Positions 55,705-64,000 of a stretch of 64,000 bases of DNA are shown piece after piece (the stretch's first letter is position 1; each line of letters opens with the position of its first letter). The stretch covers positions 379 to 64,378 of the forward strand of contig CAMCYG010000005.1 of the NCBI GenBank assembly GCA_945883775.1, read 5' to 3'. The stretch comes from Victivallis vadensis (GTDB lineage: Bacteria > Verrucomicrobiota > Kiritimatiellia > UBA8416 > CAMCYG01). The notes beneath the pieces were generated by a model. The model had not been told where the DNA came from. It saw nothing but the letters and a program-made list of their open reading frames with translations, and did not search any database. The translations under genes and the position numbers were made by a program.

Positions 55705-56487
55705 ATGACATTCAGGTTATGCGTATTGGCTAGCGGCAGTGCGGGAAACTCTTTGTTTATAGAAAGTGGAGCCATTCGCTTGCTGGTTGATGCCGGTATA
55801 AGCTGTAAGGTTCTTACCTCCAGGCTCGCAGTCCTTGGCGTCGATATAGCGTCGATTAATGGCATTCTTGTGACGCATGAGCATGCAGACCATGTCAGTG
55901 CGGTTCGCGTCATTCAGAAGAAGCACAATATACCGCTTTATGCTAATTCTCCGACCATAGAGGGCGTTGAGAGGCTTAAGGACATGGAGGGCCTCAAGTG
56001 GCAGGTGTTCAGCACTGGCGCTGAGTTCAATATAGGTACAGTAAAGGTCAAGACGTTCTCGGTGCCGCATGATTGTTATGACCCAGTCGGATTCGTCCTC
56101 AGTTCGGAAGGTATATCTGTGGCTATTGTTACTGATATTGGCATGCCGACTTCTCTTGTGCGTGAATGTTTGAAGGGGTGCCGTGCCATAGTGCTTGAGA
56201 TGAACCATGACGAGGGTATGCTGCGTGATGCTGACAGACATTGGTCGCTTAAGAAACGCATACTGGGCAGGCAGGGGCATCTCGACAATGCGAAGGCGGC
56301 AGAATTGTTAGCCGAGGTTGCAGGGCCTGAACTCAAGTGGATTATCCCTGCGCATTTAAGTTCAGATTGCAACACTGCGGCCATGGTTTCGGCTAGTCTG
56401 GCAAAGGTCCTTTCCCGCGTAGGCAGGCAGGATATACAGGTTGTTATGACGTCCCAGACTGCGCCCAGCGCGGTCATCGAATTGTGA
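55705..56487 (+). CDS. MBL-fold metallo-hydrolase (YycJ/WalJ-like)
   Basis: LASGSAGNS, VDAG, THEHADH, PHD, TDIG, EMNHD, GHLDN, AHLSSDCN. Confidence 0.9.
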   Translation: MTFRLCVLASGSAGNSLFIESGAIRLLVDAGISCKVLTSRLAVLGVDIASINGILVTHEHADHVSAVRVIQKKHNIPLYANSPTIEGVERLKDMEGLKWQVFSTGAEFNIGTVKVKTFSVPHDCYDPVGFVLSSEGISVAIVTDIGMPTSLVRECLKGCRAIVLEMNHDEGMLRDADRHWSLKKRILGRQGHLDNAKAAELLAEVAGPELKWIIPAHLSSDCNTAAMVSASLAKVLSRVGRQDIQVVMTSQTAPSAVIEL

Positions 56488-56541
56488 TTTGGATTGAAAC
56501 AGCTCTCCAAATATCAGAAACTCATGCATCAGGTTAAACAT

Positions 56542-57291
56542 ATGAAGAAAGCATCATTAATAAAGCTAGGTGTTAATATCGATCATGTTGCGACTTTGCG
56601 GCAGGCACGCGGGACTTGTTATCCCGGTATAGTTCAGGCTGCAAATGTGTGTGAGGCTGCAGGCGCTCACAGTATCACCGTACATCTGCGGGAAGACAGA
56701 CGCCATATTCAGGATGAGGATGTGTATAACTTGAAGAAGTCGTTGAAGATCAAACTTAATCTGGAGATGGCGATACATCCCGCTATTGTGGATATAGCAC
56801 TGGATGTTGTCCCTGACGAGGTGTGTCTTGTCCCGGAGAAAAGGCAGGAGCTAACCACTGAGGGTGGACTGGATGTCGTAAAACACTTCAAGCAGCTGGA
56901 AAAGATCTGTGCCAGACTGGAGAACAAAGGCATAGAGGTCAGTCTTTTTATCGCCCCTGATGCAGCGCAAATCAAAGCCGCAGCCTGGCTTGGTGTTCCT
57001 TATATCGAAATGCATACAGGCACATTCTGTGATGAGACCGGTACTAAAGCTGATCGTGAGCTGGACCGCCTGGTGAGAGGAGCGATACTGGCCAGCGAAA
57101 TAGGTCTTCGGGTAAATGCCGGGCATGGAATAAATATGAATAATATAGGAAGCGTGCTCTCGGTGCCGTGTCTTGACACGCTTAATATCGGGCACAGTAT
57201 TGTGAGTAGGGCGCTGTTCATCGGGCTTGATGGTGCAGTCCGGGAAATGCTAACTGCAATGAGCCGGTACAAGGCAGGGTTCAGGAGATGA
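56542..57291 (+). CDS. pdxJ: Pyridoxine 5'-phosphate synthase
   Basis: LGVNIDHVATLRQAR, TVHLREDRRHIQ, LVPEKRQELTTEGGLD, VNAGHG, LNIGHSI. Confidence 0.97.
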   Translation: MKKASLIKLGVNIDHVATLRQARGTCYPGIVQAANVCEAAGAHSITVHLREDRRHIQDEDVYNLKKSLKIKLNLEMAIHPAIVDIALDVVPDEVCLVPEKRQELTTEGGLDVVKHFKQLEKICARLENKGIEVSLFIAPDAAQIKAAAWLGVPYIEMHTGTFCDETGTKADRELDRLVRGAILASEIGLRVNAGHGINMNNIGSVLSVPCLDTLNIGHSIVSRALFIGLDGAVREMLTAMSRYKAGFRR

Positions 57292-57680
57292 AGCATGGCT
57301 CAATATTAGGTACCGGTGTCGATATAGTTGAGAACAGACGCATCAAGCAGATGCTTGCTAAATGGGGCGGCAAATTCAAGAACAGGGTATTCCTTAAGAA
57401 GGAGCAGGTCTATTGTGAAGGCAAGGCTGAGCCCGCAATGCATTATGCTGCGCGATTCGCGTTGAAAGAGGCGGTCTCCAAGGCGTTCGGAACAGGAATG
57501 GGAAAACATATAAGCTGGTTGGATGTCGAGGTCATCAATGATCCTGAGACCGGAGCTCCAACTGCCTCTCTTAGTGGTAATGCGAAGAAACTGGCGAAGA
57601 AGCGCAAGGTGGACAAGATACTGGTGAGCCTGTCGCACACGAAGGAGTATTCGCTGGCACAGGCACTCTTGCTGAAATGA
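57288..57680 (+). CDS. acpS: Holo-[acyl-carrier-protein] synthase
   Basis: GTGVDIVE, AARFALKEAVSKAFGTG, VSLSH. Confidence 0.96.
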   Translation: MKHGSILGTGVDIVENRRIKQMLAKWGGKFKNRVFLKKEQVYCEGKAEPAMHYAARFALKEAVSKAFGTGMGKHISWLDVEVINDPETGAPTASLSGNAKKLAKKRKVDKILVSLSHTKEYSLAQALLLK

Positions 57681-59254
57681 ACATGAAAACCGTAACTGCT
57701 GATGACATGCGTTTGCTTGAGAAACGCATGATGGAAGAATACGGTGTGCCGGCGCAGACGTTGATTGATAGGGCCGGCTACGGCATGGCTGCCTTTGTCA
57801 GGCATATCCTTAATACTAAGAAACCTCATGAGCGAAGTGTTCTGTGTGTTGCCGGAACCGGCAATAACGGCGGGGATGCTTTCTCTGCTGCCGCCTATCT
57901 GCATGAGGCCGGTGTCAGTGTCAGTGTCTTGCTGTGCGGTGATCAAGGAAAGATCAAAGGGTCAGCCCTGAAGTGTCTCAATGAGCTGGAACAGGCCGGT
58001 ATCGAAGTCGAGCAGATGGACTCACCGTCAGACTGGACCGACCCGGAGAATGATTATATATTTTCCATGTTTTCTGTCATAGTGGACGGGCTGCTTGGTA
58101 CCGGGTTTAACGGTCAGGTCCGTGAGCCTGTCGTGTCTGCAATCAACTTCATAAACAAGATGGCGCGTAGGGCCATTGTTGTATCGCTTGATGTGCCTTC
58201 TGGTATTAATTCTGACACCGGAACGACAGACGGCACGGTTGTCTGTGCCGATTTCACGCTTGCAGCAGGGTATCCCAAGCGAAGTTTTCTTGCCCCAGGC
58301 ATGGCAAGTTATGTTGGATCAGTTCGGATAGTCGATCTTGGTCTGCCTGTTCATTTACTGGAGAGCGTTTCCGATACCAGGTGCGTGATAGTCGATGGCA
58401 ATATACAAGAGGTTCTTCGTAGACGTGCTCAGGACTCGCATAAAGGTACGTTCGGCCATTTGCTTGTAGTAGCGGGCGCTCGTGGTTTTTCTGGTGCGGC
58501 GGCTATGGCGGCTTTATCAGCGCTTAGGACAGGCGCCGGCCTGGTTTCTGTTATCACGCCAGAATCGGTTTCTGTGCAGGTGGCGTCTGCTGTTCCGCAG
58601 GCGATGGTTCATCCGGTGAAAGAGAATCGGAATGGGTCGATGTCATACAGTGGATTCAAGAGTTGGAAGACCCGGTTGAATGATTTTGATGCTGTCCTTG
58701 CCGGACCTGGCCTGACTAATTCATCCGACACATATGACATCATCAAAAGTATAATAGATGTTTCTGAAATTCCCGTTCTGCTGGATGCGGATGGCTTGAA
58801 TGCGCTTGATGGCAAAACCGATCTGCTGGGTAGGGCAAAGGGACCCCTGGTCGTGACTCCGCATCCCGGTGAAATGGCAAGATTGACAGGCCGGAGCATT
58901 GTCGAGGTGCAGGCGGATAGACAAAGATTTGCAGGAGAATTGGCTGATAAGACGGGAGCGGTTGTTGTTCTGAAGGGGGCAGGGACCGTCGTGGCCGCAA
59001 AAGACAGGCCTGTCAGCTTGTGTCTGTGCGGTAATCCTGGAATGGCGACTGCTGGTTCTGGTGACGTGCTCTCAGGGGTCATATCATCACTGCTAGCGCA
59101 GGGTCAGGATCCATTTGATTCAGCGCGCGCCGGTGTCCAACTTCACGGGCTGGCGGGTGATCTTGCGGCACTTAGTTTATCTCAAGCTGGTGCGACGGCT
59201 ATGGACATATCAGCGGCGTTGCCGACGGTCATCGGTACAGTCTGCGGGAGATAA
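57677..59254 (+). CDS. nnr: Bifunctional NAD(P)H-hydrate epimerase/dehydratase (YjeF)
   Basis: GTGNNGGD, DGLLGTG, DVPSG, HKGTFG, GPGL, LDADGL, TPHPGEMARL, GNPGMATAGSGDVLSG. Confidence 0.95.
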   Translation: MNMKTVTADDMRLLEKRMMEEYGVPAQTLIDRAGYGMAAFVRHILNTKKPHERSVLCVAGTGNNGGDAFSAAAYLHEAGVSVSVLLCGDQGKIKGSALKCLNELEQAGIEVEQMDSPSDWTDPENDYIFSMFSVIVDGLLGTGFNGQVREPVVSAINFINKMARRAIVVSLDVPSGINSDTGTTDGTVVCADFTLAAGYPKRSFLAPGMASYVGSVRIVDLGLPVHLLESVSDTRCVIVDGNIQEVLRRRAQDSHKGTFGHLLVVAGARGFSGAAAMAALSALRTGAGLVSVITPESVSVQVASAVPQAMVHPVKENRNGSMSYSGFKSWKTRLNDFDAVLAGPGLTNSSDTYDIIKSIIDVSEIPVLLDADGLNALDGKTDLLGRAKGPLVVTPHPGEMARLTGRSIVEVQADRQRFAGELADKTGAVVVLKGAGTVVAAKDRPVSLCLCGNPGMATAGSGDVLSGVISSLLAQGQDPFDSARAGVQLHGLAGDLAALSLSQAGATAMDISAALPTVIGTVCGR

Positions 59255-60031
59255 TTCACCGCGTATACTGTAGAGCTTCCGAAGAATATTAATCATTTCG
59301 GCAATATTGCGGACGCGATGTTTGGCGAGGGATTTCCGGCCAGCGCCAACGTGGATGGTTATGCCTTTGCCTTTCAGCTCTTTAAAAGCATCTTCATCGC
59401 TGATATCATCGCCGGCAAATACGGGAAATATATTTTTATGCGTTTTCTTGAAGTGCTTAAGAAGAAAGCGGACAGCTGTACCCTTGTTGCAGTATATATT
59501 TGGTCGCACTTCGATAACTTTCTTGCCATGCATGATCCTTATCATTCCTTTTGATTCATACGCGTGCAATGCTTCCACTGAGGCGGCCATGACTTTTTTG
59601 ATGGCGGTTAGGCGGACGCTCCTGTAGTGAATGCAGAAACTGTGTTTCTTTGTTTCCAGATATACACCGGGTATCTTCCCGGCTGTCCCGGCCAATCGTT
59701 TCCTGAGCTTTGGTAGCAGTCTTGATACTATCTGTGACCGGTAATCATGTGAAAAGCCGCGTCCTTTGATCTCCAGTCCGTGTTCTCCTGTGTGGATTAC
59801 GTTGTTCAATCCGATCAGCTTGCGCAGAGAATCAACAGTCCTGCCACTGATGAAGACCGTGGTTATGGATGGAATATTTGAGAGTTTTTCCAACAGTATG
59901 GCGGTATTTCTGCTGAGTTTTGCCCACTCGGGAAACTTCCTGATGGGGGTCAATGTGCCGTCGACATCCAGCATAAGCAGAATGTGCTGATTGCCTGATA
60001 AGATCGTTTTGTATGGCTCAATCCAGTTCAC
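59210..60031 (-). CDS. otsB: Trehalose-6-phosphate phosphatase (HAD family)
   Basis: LDVDGTLTPI, ISGR, GEHG, ETKKHSFCIHYR, GKKVIEVRP, NKG, AGDDISDEDAF. Confidence 0.92.
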   Translation of the reverse strand: MNWIEPYKTILSGNQHILLMLDVDGTLTPIRKFPEWAKLSRNTAILLEKLSNIPSITTVFISGRTVDSLRKLIGLNNVIHTGEHGLEIKGRGFSHDYRSQIVSRLLPKLRKRLAGTAGKIPGVYLETKKHSFCIHYRSVRLTAIKKVMAASVEALHAYESKGMIRIMHGKKVIEVRPNIYCNKGTAVRFLLKHFKKTHKNIFPVFAGDDISDEDAFKELKGKGITIHVGAGRKSLAKHRVRNIAEMINILRKLYSIRGELSPADCTDDRRQRR

Positions 60032-60174
60032 ACATCTTTAATAACATGCCGAGCCTGTATCCAGCAAGATAGTTATATAGGGCACCCCAGGAGCTTATCA
60101 AACACTTGACGAGTATGGTAACTGAGAGAATTGTCCCGTTCGGTCGGCTCCACCACAGGACATCGATTCGGTGC

Positions 60175-60984
60175 CTAATATGCTTTTTTAATCACGGTAC
60201 TGTAGCGCACCACCTGTGAGTCTGTAAAACTGCTCTGAATTGCTTCCTGAGAGGTCGGTCCAATCAACATCTGGGCACACAGCTCAGCTTGTACAGCTTT
60301 TTCCTGATGATACTGATTGATTATAAGCAGTGTGCCTCCGGGCGCTAAAAGTGAGTACGCATGCGCCAGCATCTCCCGTGGCTTGAGGAGGTTAAGCGGT
60401 AATCCCCAGACGAGATGTGCATAATCAAAAATGAAAGGATAGAACCAGGTGATGAAGTCATACTCTCCTTCATGCTTAAGGAAGTCTCCGGCAATGTACC
60501 GCGCGGCAGGAATGGTGCGGATATAGTACTGCGCGTAATCATATCGCGTATGTAAATCGATAAACCGACGGTATGCATCGACCTCGATTCCGGTGAGTTG
60601 AACAGGTTTGCCGGGATGGCGCACCGAAAAGAAAGCGTGTATTGCCGGAGCATAACAAAAATATTTTGAACCTATATCGAGCAACTTGATTTTCGGTGCC
60701 GCTGACGTGTTGGTAATGCCCTGTTCGAGAAATTCGAGTGTGGTCAGGTTTTGGAGATACTCATGGTTAATTGAGTTCTCGTAGAGAGCGTCGAGTGAAT
60801 AACGTGTGCGCATCCCGACTTCGCGAGCTTCGGCAGACTTTTTACGCGTACTGCAGAGAGAGTTGAAGAGCGTTGATTTGTCTTCTGTCCTGCCACTATA
60901 TGGAGTAGAAAAAGAAAGTAGCGACCGGAGAGGAAAGTCGATCGTATTGCGGAGATGGAGGAGACGTTTAAGTAGAGGGTTCAT
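60175..60984 (-). CDS. Putative SAM-dependent methyltransferase-like protein
   Basis: LLDIGSK motif I-like, TGIEVD, AGDFL, LLAPGGTLLIINQ. Start chosen at MNPLLKR. Confidence 0.6.
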   Translation of the reverse strand: MNPLLKRLLHLRNTIDFPLRSLLSFSTPYSGRTEDKSTLFNSLCSTRKKSAEAREVGMRTRYSLDALYENSINHEYLQNLTTLEFLEQGITNTSAAPKIKLLDIGSKYFCYAPAIHAFFSVRHPGKPVQLTGIEVDAYRRFIDLHTRYDYAQYYIRTIPAARYIAGDFLKHEGEYDFITWFYPFIFDYAHLVWGLPLNLLKPREMLAHAYSLLAPGGTLLIINQYHQEKAVQAELCAQMLIGPTSQEAIQSSFTDSQVVRYSTVIKKAY

Positions 60985-61221
60985 TTTGGTTGTGTCGTTG
61001 ATTTTGATGTGACAAGGACTACCGTTGAAAGCCAGTGGCAGGCCGAAACAGTAAACGGCCGCATTCCCCCAGTTTGCCGGCTTTGCTGAGCGATGCCTTG
61101 ACAGCAAATATTGTCATTCTTAGTCATTTAAAAAAACACAAACCGCCGTCTTCATTTTCATGCACAAATGTGGCAGAAATATACTTGAAACGCAAGCAGG
61201 TGGCGAGACAGTATGAGGAAG

Positions 61222-61274
61222 AAAGACGGGCGTCGGCGCCACATCATGCGATATGGTAAAAACAACGCCCCTAA
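61222..61274 (-). repeat. Family 3 REP-like unit with an expanded loop
   Basis: AAAGACGGGCGTCGGCG-[24 nt]-CAACGCCCCTA versus AAAGACGGGCGTCGACGAGCAACGCCCCTAC at 26031-26061. Confidence 0.65.
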
Positions 61275-61400
61275 GGAAAACGAAATGTCGCGCTCAAAAG
61301 GCTTGGCTTGACAGCGTAACGGTTTGGTTTTATTCGGCGGGACGGCCCAAAATGAATTATCCGAAGAATATTTTGTGATCAAAGCGCTGGTGAATATCGG

Positions 61401-61429
61401 TTGCCTATTATAATATTTGATTGTATAAT
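61401..61429 (+). promoter_or_regulatory. Probable sigma70 promoter for the histidine kinase
   Basis: TTGCCT-17-TATAAT; AGGTG RBS at 61446-61450 and ATG at 61458. Confidence 0.65.
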
Positions 61430-61457
61430 AATTCGAGAGTCAAATAGGTGCTTATAT

Positions 61458-64000
61458 ATGACAAGGTTGCGAAGCACATCCAGAATTCAGCCGCGTAAGA
61501 AGAAGTCGGTGACTTCCTCTCGCATGTCTCACAAATCATGTTGCGTGCATCATGCCATAGAGGACAACATTCCCTGTCTGCTTTTCAGGGCAAAGTACGA
61601 CGAAAGTCTCCCTATTATATTTGTTAACAAGTTTGTCAAGAATATCACGGGATATAATATCAAGGACTTTGGTAAAGGTAGAAGCAAAACATTGCTGACA
61701 ATGGTGCATCCGGACGACAAGCGTTTGCTAAGGTATACAATAGATCGATCCGTCAAGGAGAAGGAAGCATTCATCCTTGAGTGCCGTTTGGTCAAGAAGA
61801 ACGGGAGCATTATATGGGTGCGGTCAGGTGGTGAGATCGTGACAGATACCGGGGGGAGCCAGGCATATGTTGACGGATATATGATGGATATCAGCGATTC
61901 CAAGAACCTCGAGGATAATATAATCGAGTCTGAGTTGAGGTTCAGGTCGATATTTGAGGGATGTCTGGACGGGATACTTGTTATGGATGTGGAAACGTTG
62001 CGATTTGTCTCGGCCAATCAGGCTATGTGCAGGATGCTGGATTATTCACTTAAAGAGCTGCTCAAGCTGGGTATGGATAATATTCAACCGGTCGAAATGT
62101 TGCCGCAATTGCGCAAAGCTTTTAGAGTGCAGGTTAAAGACGATAAGTTGCTTGCCCGGAACATCCCTATGGTGGCCAAGGATGGCAATATGTTCTACTG
62201 CGATATCACCACTTCCAAGATGTTGTTTGGCGGACGGGAATGTGTAATGGGCCTCTTTCATGATGTCACTGATAGAAAGAAATATGACGATGCGGTCAGA
62301 GACAGTGAGATTCGCCTCCAGTCGCTTACAGAGGCAAGCATGGAAGGTGTTTGCTTCCATGTTGACGGAGCGGTAATGGATGTGAATAAACAACTGCCGC
62401 AGATGCTTGGCACAACGGTTCTTGATATGATAGGTCGTAATATCGTCGATTATGTCGCTGCTGATTCCAGGGCGGAGTTCGCGCAAAAGATGGCCTCGAA
62501 AAAGATCTGCGCATTGGAGCACATGATGCTCGACCGGAGCGGGGCGGGCTATTATGTCGAGACGCATTTTCTCTCGACGACGTACAAGGGCAGGGAAGTC
62601 GGCGCAATAGTGATCAGGGATGTGGATCAGAGGAAGAAGGTAGAGGACGAGCTTAGGAGTGAAAGGGCATTCTCTACGTCGTTGATAGATACTGCATATG
62701 CGTTTATTGTCATATTGGATGTCGATGGGAAGATAGTATTTATTAACAAATATTTCGAGGAGATTTGCGGGTATTTGCTGGAGGAATTAAGGGGCAGGTC
62801 CTGGTTCGATATTTTCATAAAGACAAAAGACCGCCCGAGTATTCAGCGTGTGCTGGATGATGTCTATCGGCAGGGCAGTCTGAATGGTGTTGTGAACGCC
62901 ATAACAGTCAGGAGCGGGGCTGAGATGTTGGTCGAATGGCACAACAAGGTAATGCCTCAGCCTGATGGTTCATCTCTTGTTCTTGCTATCGGGAATGATG
63001 TCAGCGAGCGCATAAGGATGGTTGAGTCCCTGCAGGCGAGTGAACGGATGATGAGGCAGATCATTGACACTGCTCCGTTCGGGGCGCATACCTATGAGCT
63101 GAAGCAGGATGGCGCGCTGGTCTTTGTCGGATACAACAAGGCGGCAGAACGGATTCTGGGTGTCCCTCATGCTGAATTCATAGGGAAGGCCCTGGCTGAG
63201 CTGTTTCCTCCTTTGTTAGCTACAGCAATTCCTGATTTATATAGAAGCGTCGCCGGGACGGGGGAAAGTAGGGATGCTGTCTACGTGTCTTATAATAAAG
63301 GTCCTTGTTATGGGATATTCGAAGTGGTCGCTTTTCAGTCTGCTCCCATGTGCGTGACGGCATTTTTCAGGGATGTGACAGAGCGGAAGAAGGCGGAAGA
63401 TGTTATAAAAAACAGTGAGGAACGATTCAGGATTGTGGCAGGAAAGACCGGGGAGTTGATTTACGATTGCAATGGTCTGACTGGTAGCGTTGTCTGGGCT
63501 GGTGCCGTAAAAGAGATCACAGGCTATTCAGAATCAGAGTTCTCTGCTGTCGACATAAGACGGTGGGATGTCCTTGTGCATCCGGATGATTTGGGCCGGG
63601 TTATTTCTGAGCGTGAGAAGGCTGGTCAGGGGCACTGTGATTTCTGTGTCGAATACCGTTTGCGGCGCAAAGACGGGACGTATATATATGTGGAGGATCA
63701 TGGTGTGTTTGTTGACCCTGCAGATGGTGTTGGTTTCAGAATGCTTGGCGCGGTCATGGATGTGACAATGCGCAAGAATGCGGAGACTGCCAGGTTGGAA
63801 ATGGAGCGGCAGATGATGCAGTCGCAGAAGTTGAAGAGCTTGGAGCTGCTTGCCGGAGGAATAGCCCACAATTATAACAATATCCTGATGATTATATTGG
63901 GTCATCTCGACATGGCCGTTGATGAGTTGTCTCCGATGTCGCAGGCGCGGTTGAATGTCAATGAGGCAATAAAGGGAGCGAAGAGGGCGGCTGATCTCAC
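61458..64000 (+). CDS. Multi-PAS sensor histidine kinase, 3'-partial (absent from the ORF track because no stop falls in the window)
   Basis: Six PAS/PAC modules with S-E-x-R linkers (VHPDD motifs in the first and sixth), then QSQKLKSLELLAGGIAHNYNNIL (HisKA H-box) in the same frame as ATG 61458. Confidence 0.88.
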   Translation, partial: MTRLRSTSRIQPRKKKSVTSSRMSHKSCCVHHAIEDNIPCLLFRAKYDESLPIIFVNKFVKNITGYNIKDFGKGRSKTLLTMVHPDDKRLLRYTIDRSVKEKEAFILECRLVKKNGSIIWVRSGGEIVTDTGGSQAYVDGYMMDISDSKNLEDNIIESELRFRSIFEGCLDGILVMDVETLRFVSANQAMCRMLDYSLKELLKLGMDNIQPVEMLPQLRKAFRVQVKDDKLLARNIPMVAKDGNMFYCDITTSKMLFGGRECVMGLFHDVTDRKKYDDAVRDSEIRLQSLTEASMEGVCFHVDGAVMDVNKQLPQMLGTTVLDMIGRNIVDYVAADSRAEFAQKMASKKICALEHMMLDRSGAGYYVETHFLSTTYKGREVGAIVIRDVDQRKKVEDELRSERAFSTSLIDTAYAFIVILDVDGKIVFINKYFEEICGYLLEELRGRSWFDIFIKTKDRPSIQRVLDDVYRQGSLNGVVNAITVRSGAEMLVEWHNKVMPQPDGSSLVLAIGNDVSERIRMVESLQASERMMRQIIDTAPFGAHTYELKQDGALVFVGYNKAAERILGVPHAEFIGKALAELFPPLLATAIPDLYRSVAGTGESRDAVYVSYNKGPCYGIFEVVAFQSAPMCVTAFFRDVTERKKAEDVIKNSEERFRIVAGKTGELIYDCNGLTGSVVWAGAVKEITGYSESEFSAVDIRRWDVLVHPDDLGRVISEREKAGQGHCDFCVEYRLRRKDGTYIYVEDHGVFVDPADGVGFRMLGAVMDVTMRKNAETARLEMERQMMQSQKLKSLELLAGGIAHNYNNILMIILGHLDMAVDELSPMSQARLNVNEAIKGAKRAADL

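Noticed and set aside
54209-59254. rpoN-mfd and pdxJ-acpS-nnr gene order as a novel system
   Set aside because: These are ordinary housekeeping genes; the pdxJ-acpS linkage is well known and no unexplained component is present.

Overview
A 64-kb chromosomal segment of an anaerobic or microaerophilic bacterium. Several markers suggest the PVC superphylum, most likely Kiritimatiellota or a relative: a two-domain NDK, a PEP-CTERM protein, LamG and DxDxDG surface proteins, and Zn-ribbon/DUF4190 and Zn-ribbon bactofilin proteins. This taxonomy is inference only. Housekeeping content includes recN, kdsD, ndk, an aminotransferase, parB, argC, suhB, rpoN-mfd, pdxJ-acpS-nnr, otsB and four tRNAs (Met, Gly, Lys, Ala). 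Accessory content includes a superoxide reductase/rubredoxin pair, a MazF-type toxin-antitoxin pair, and an octaheme lipoprotein divergent from a Hyb-type [NiFe]-hydrogenase operon. It also includes an ebo cluster without eboA, a glycan-type locus around a ~2400-aa five-LamG protein, two bactofilin genes coupled to parB, a three-gene surface-protein cassette, a truncated ychF-like gene and a six-PAS histidine kinase that runs off the end. Intergenic spaces carry at least three families of GTAG-headed REP-like palindromes. The strongest candidates for undescribed biology are a shared C-terminal domain plus a strong Thr-Asn dipeptide bias in exported proteins, the bactofilin-ParB operon without parA, and the eboA-less ebo operon. 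No integrase, transposase, CRISPR array or rRNA was seen. All assignments come from motif recognition by eye; no database searches were run.
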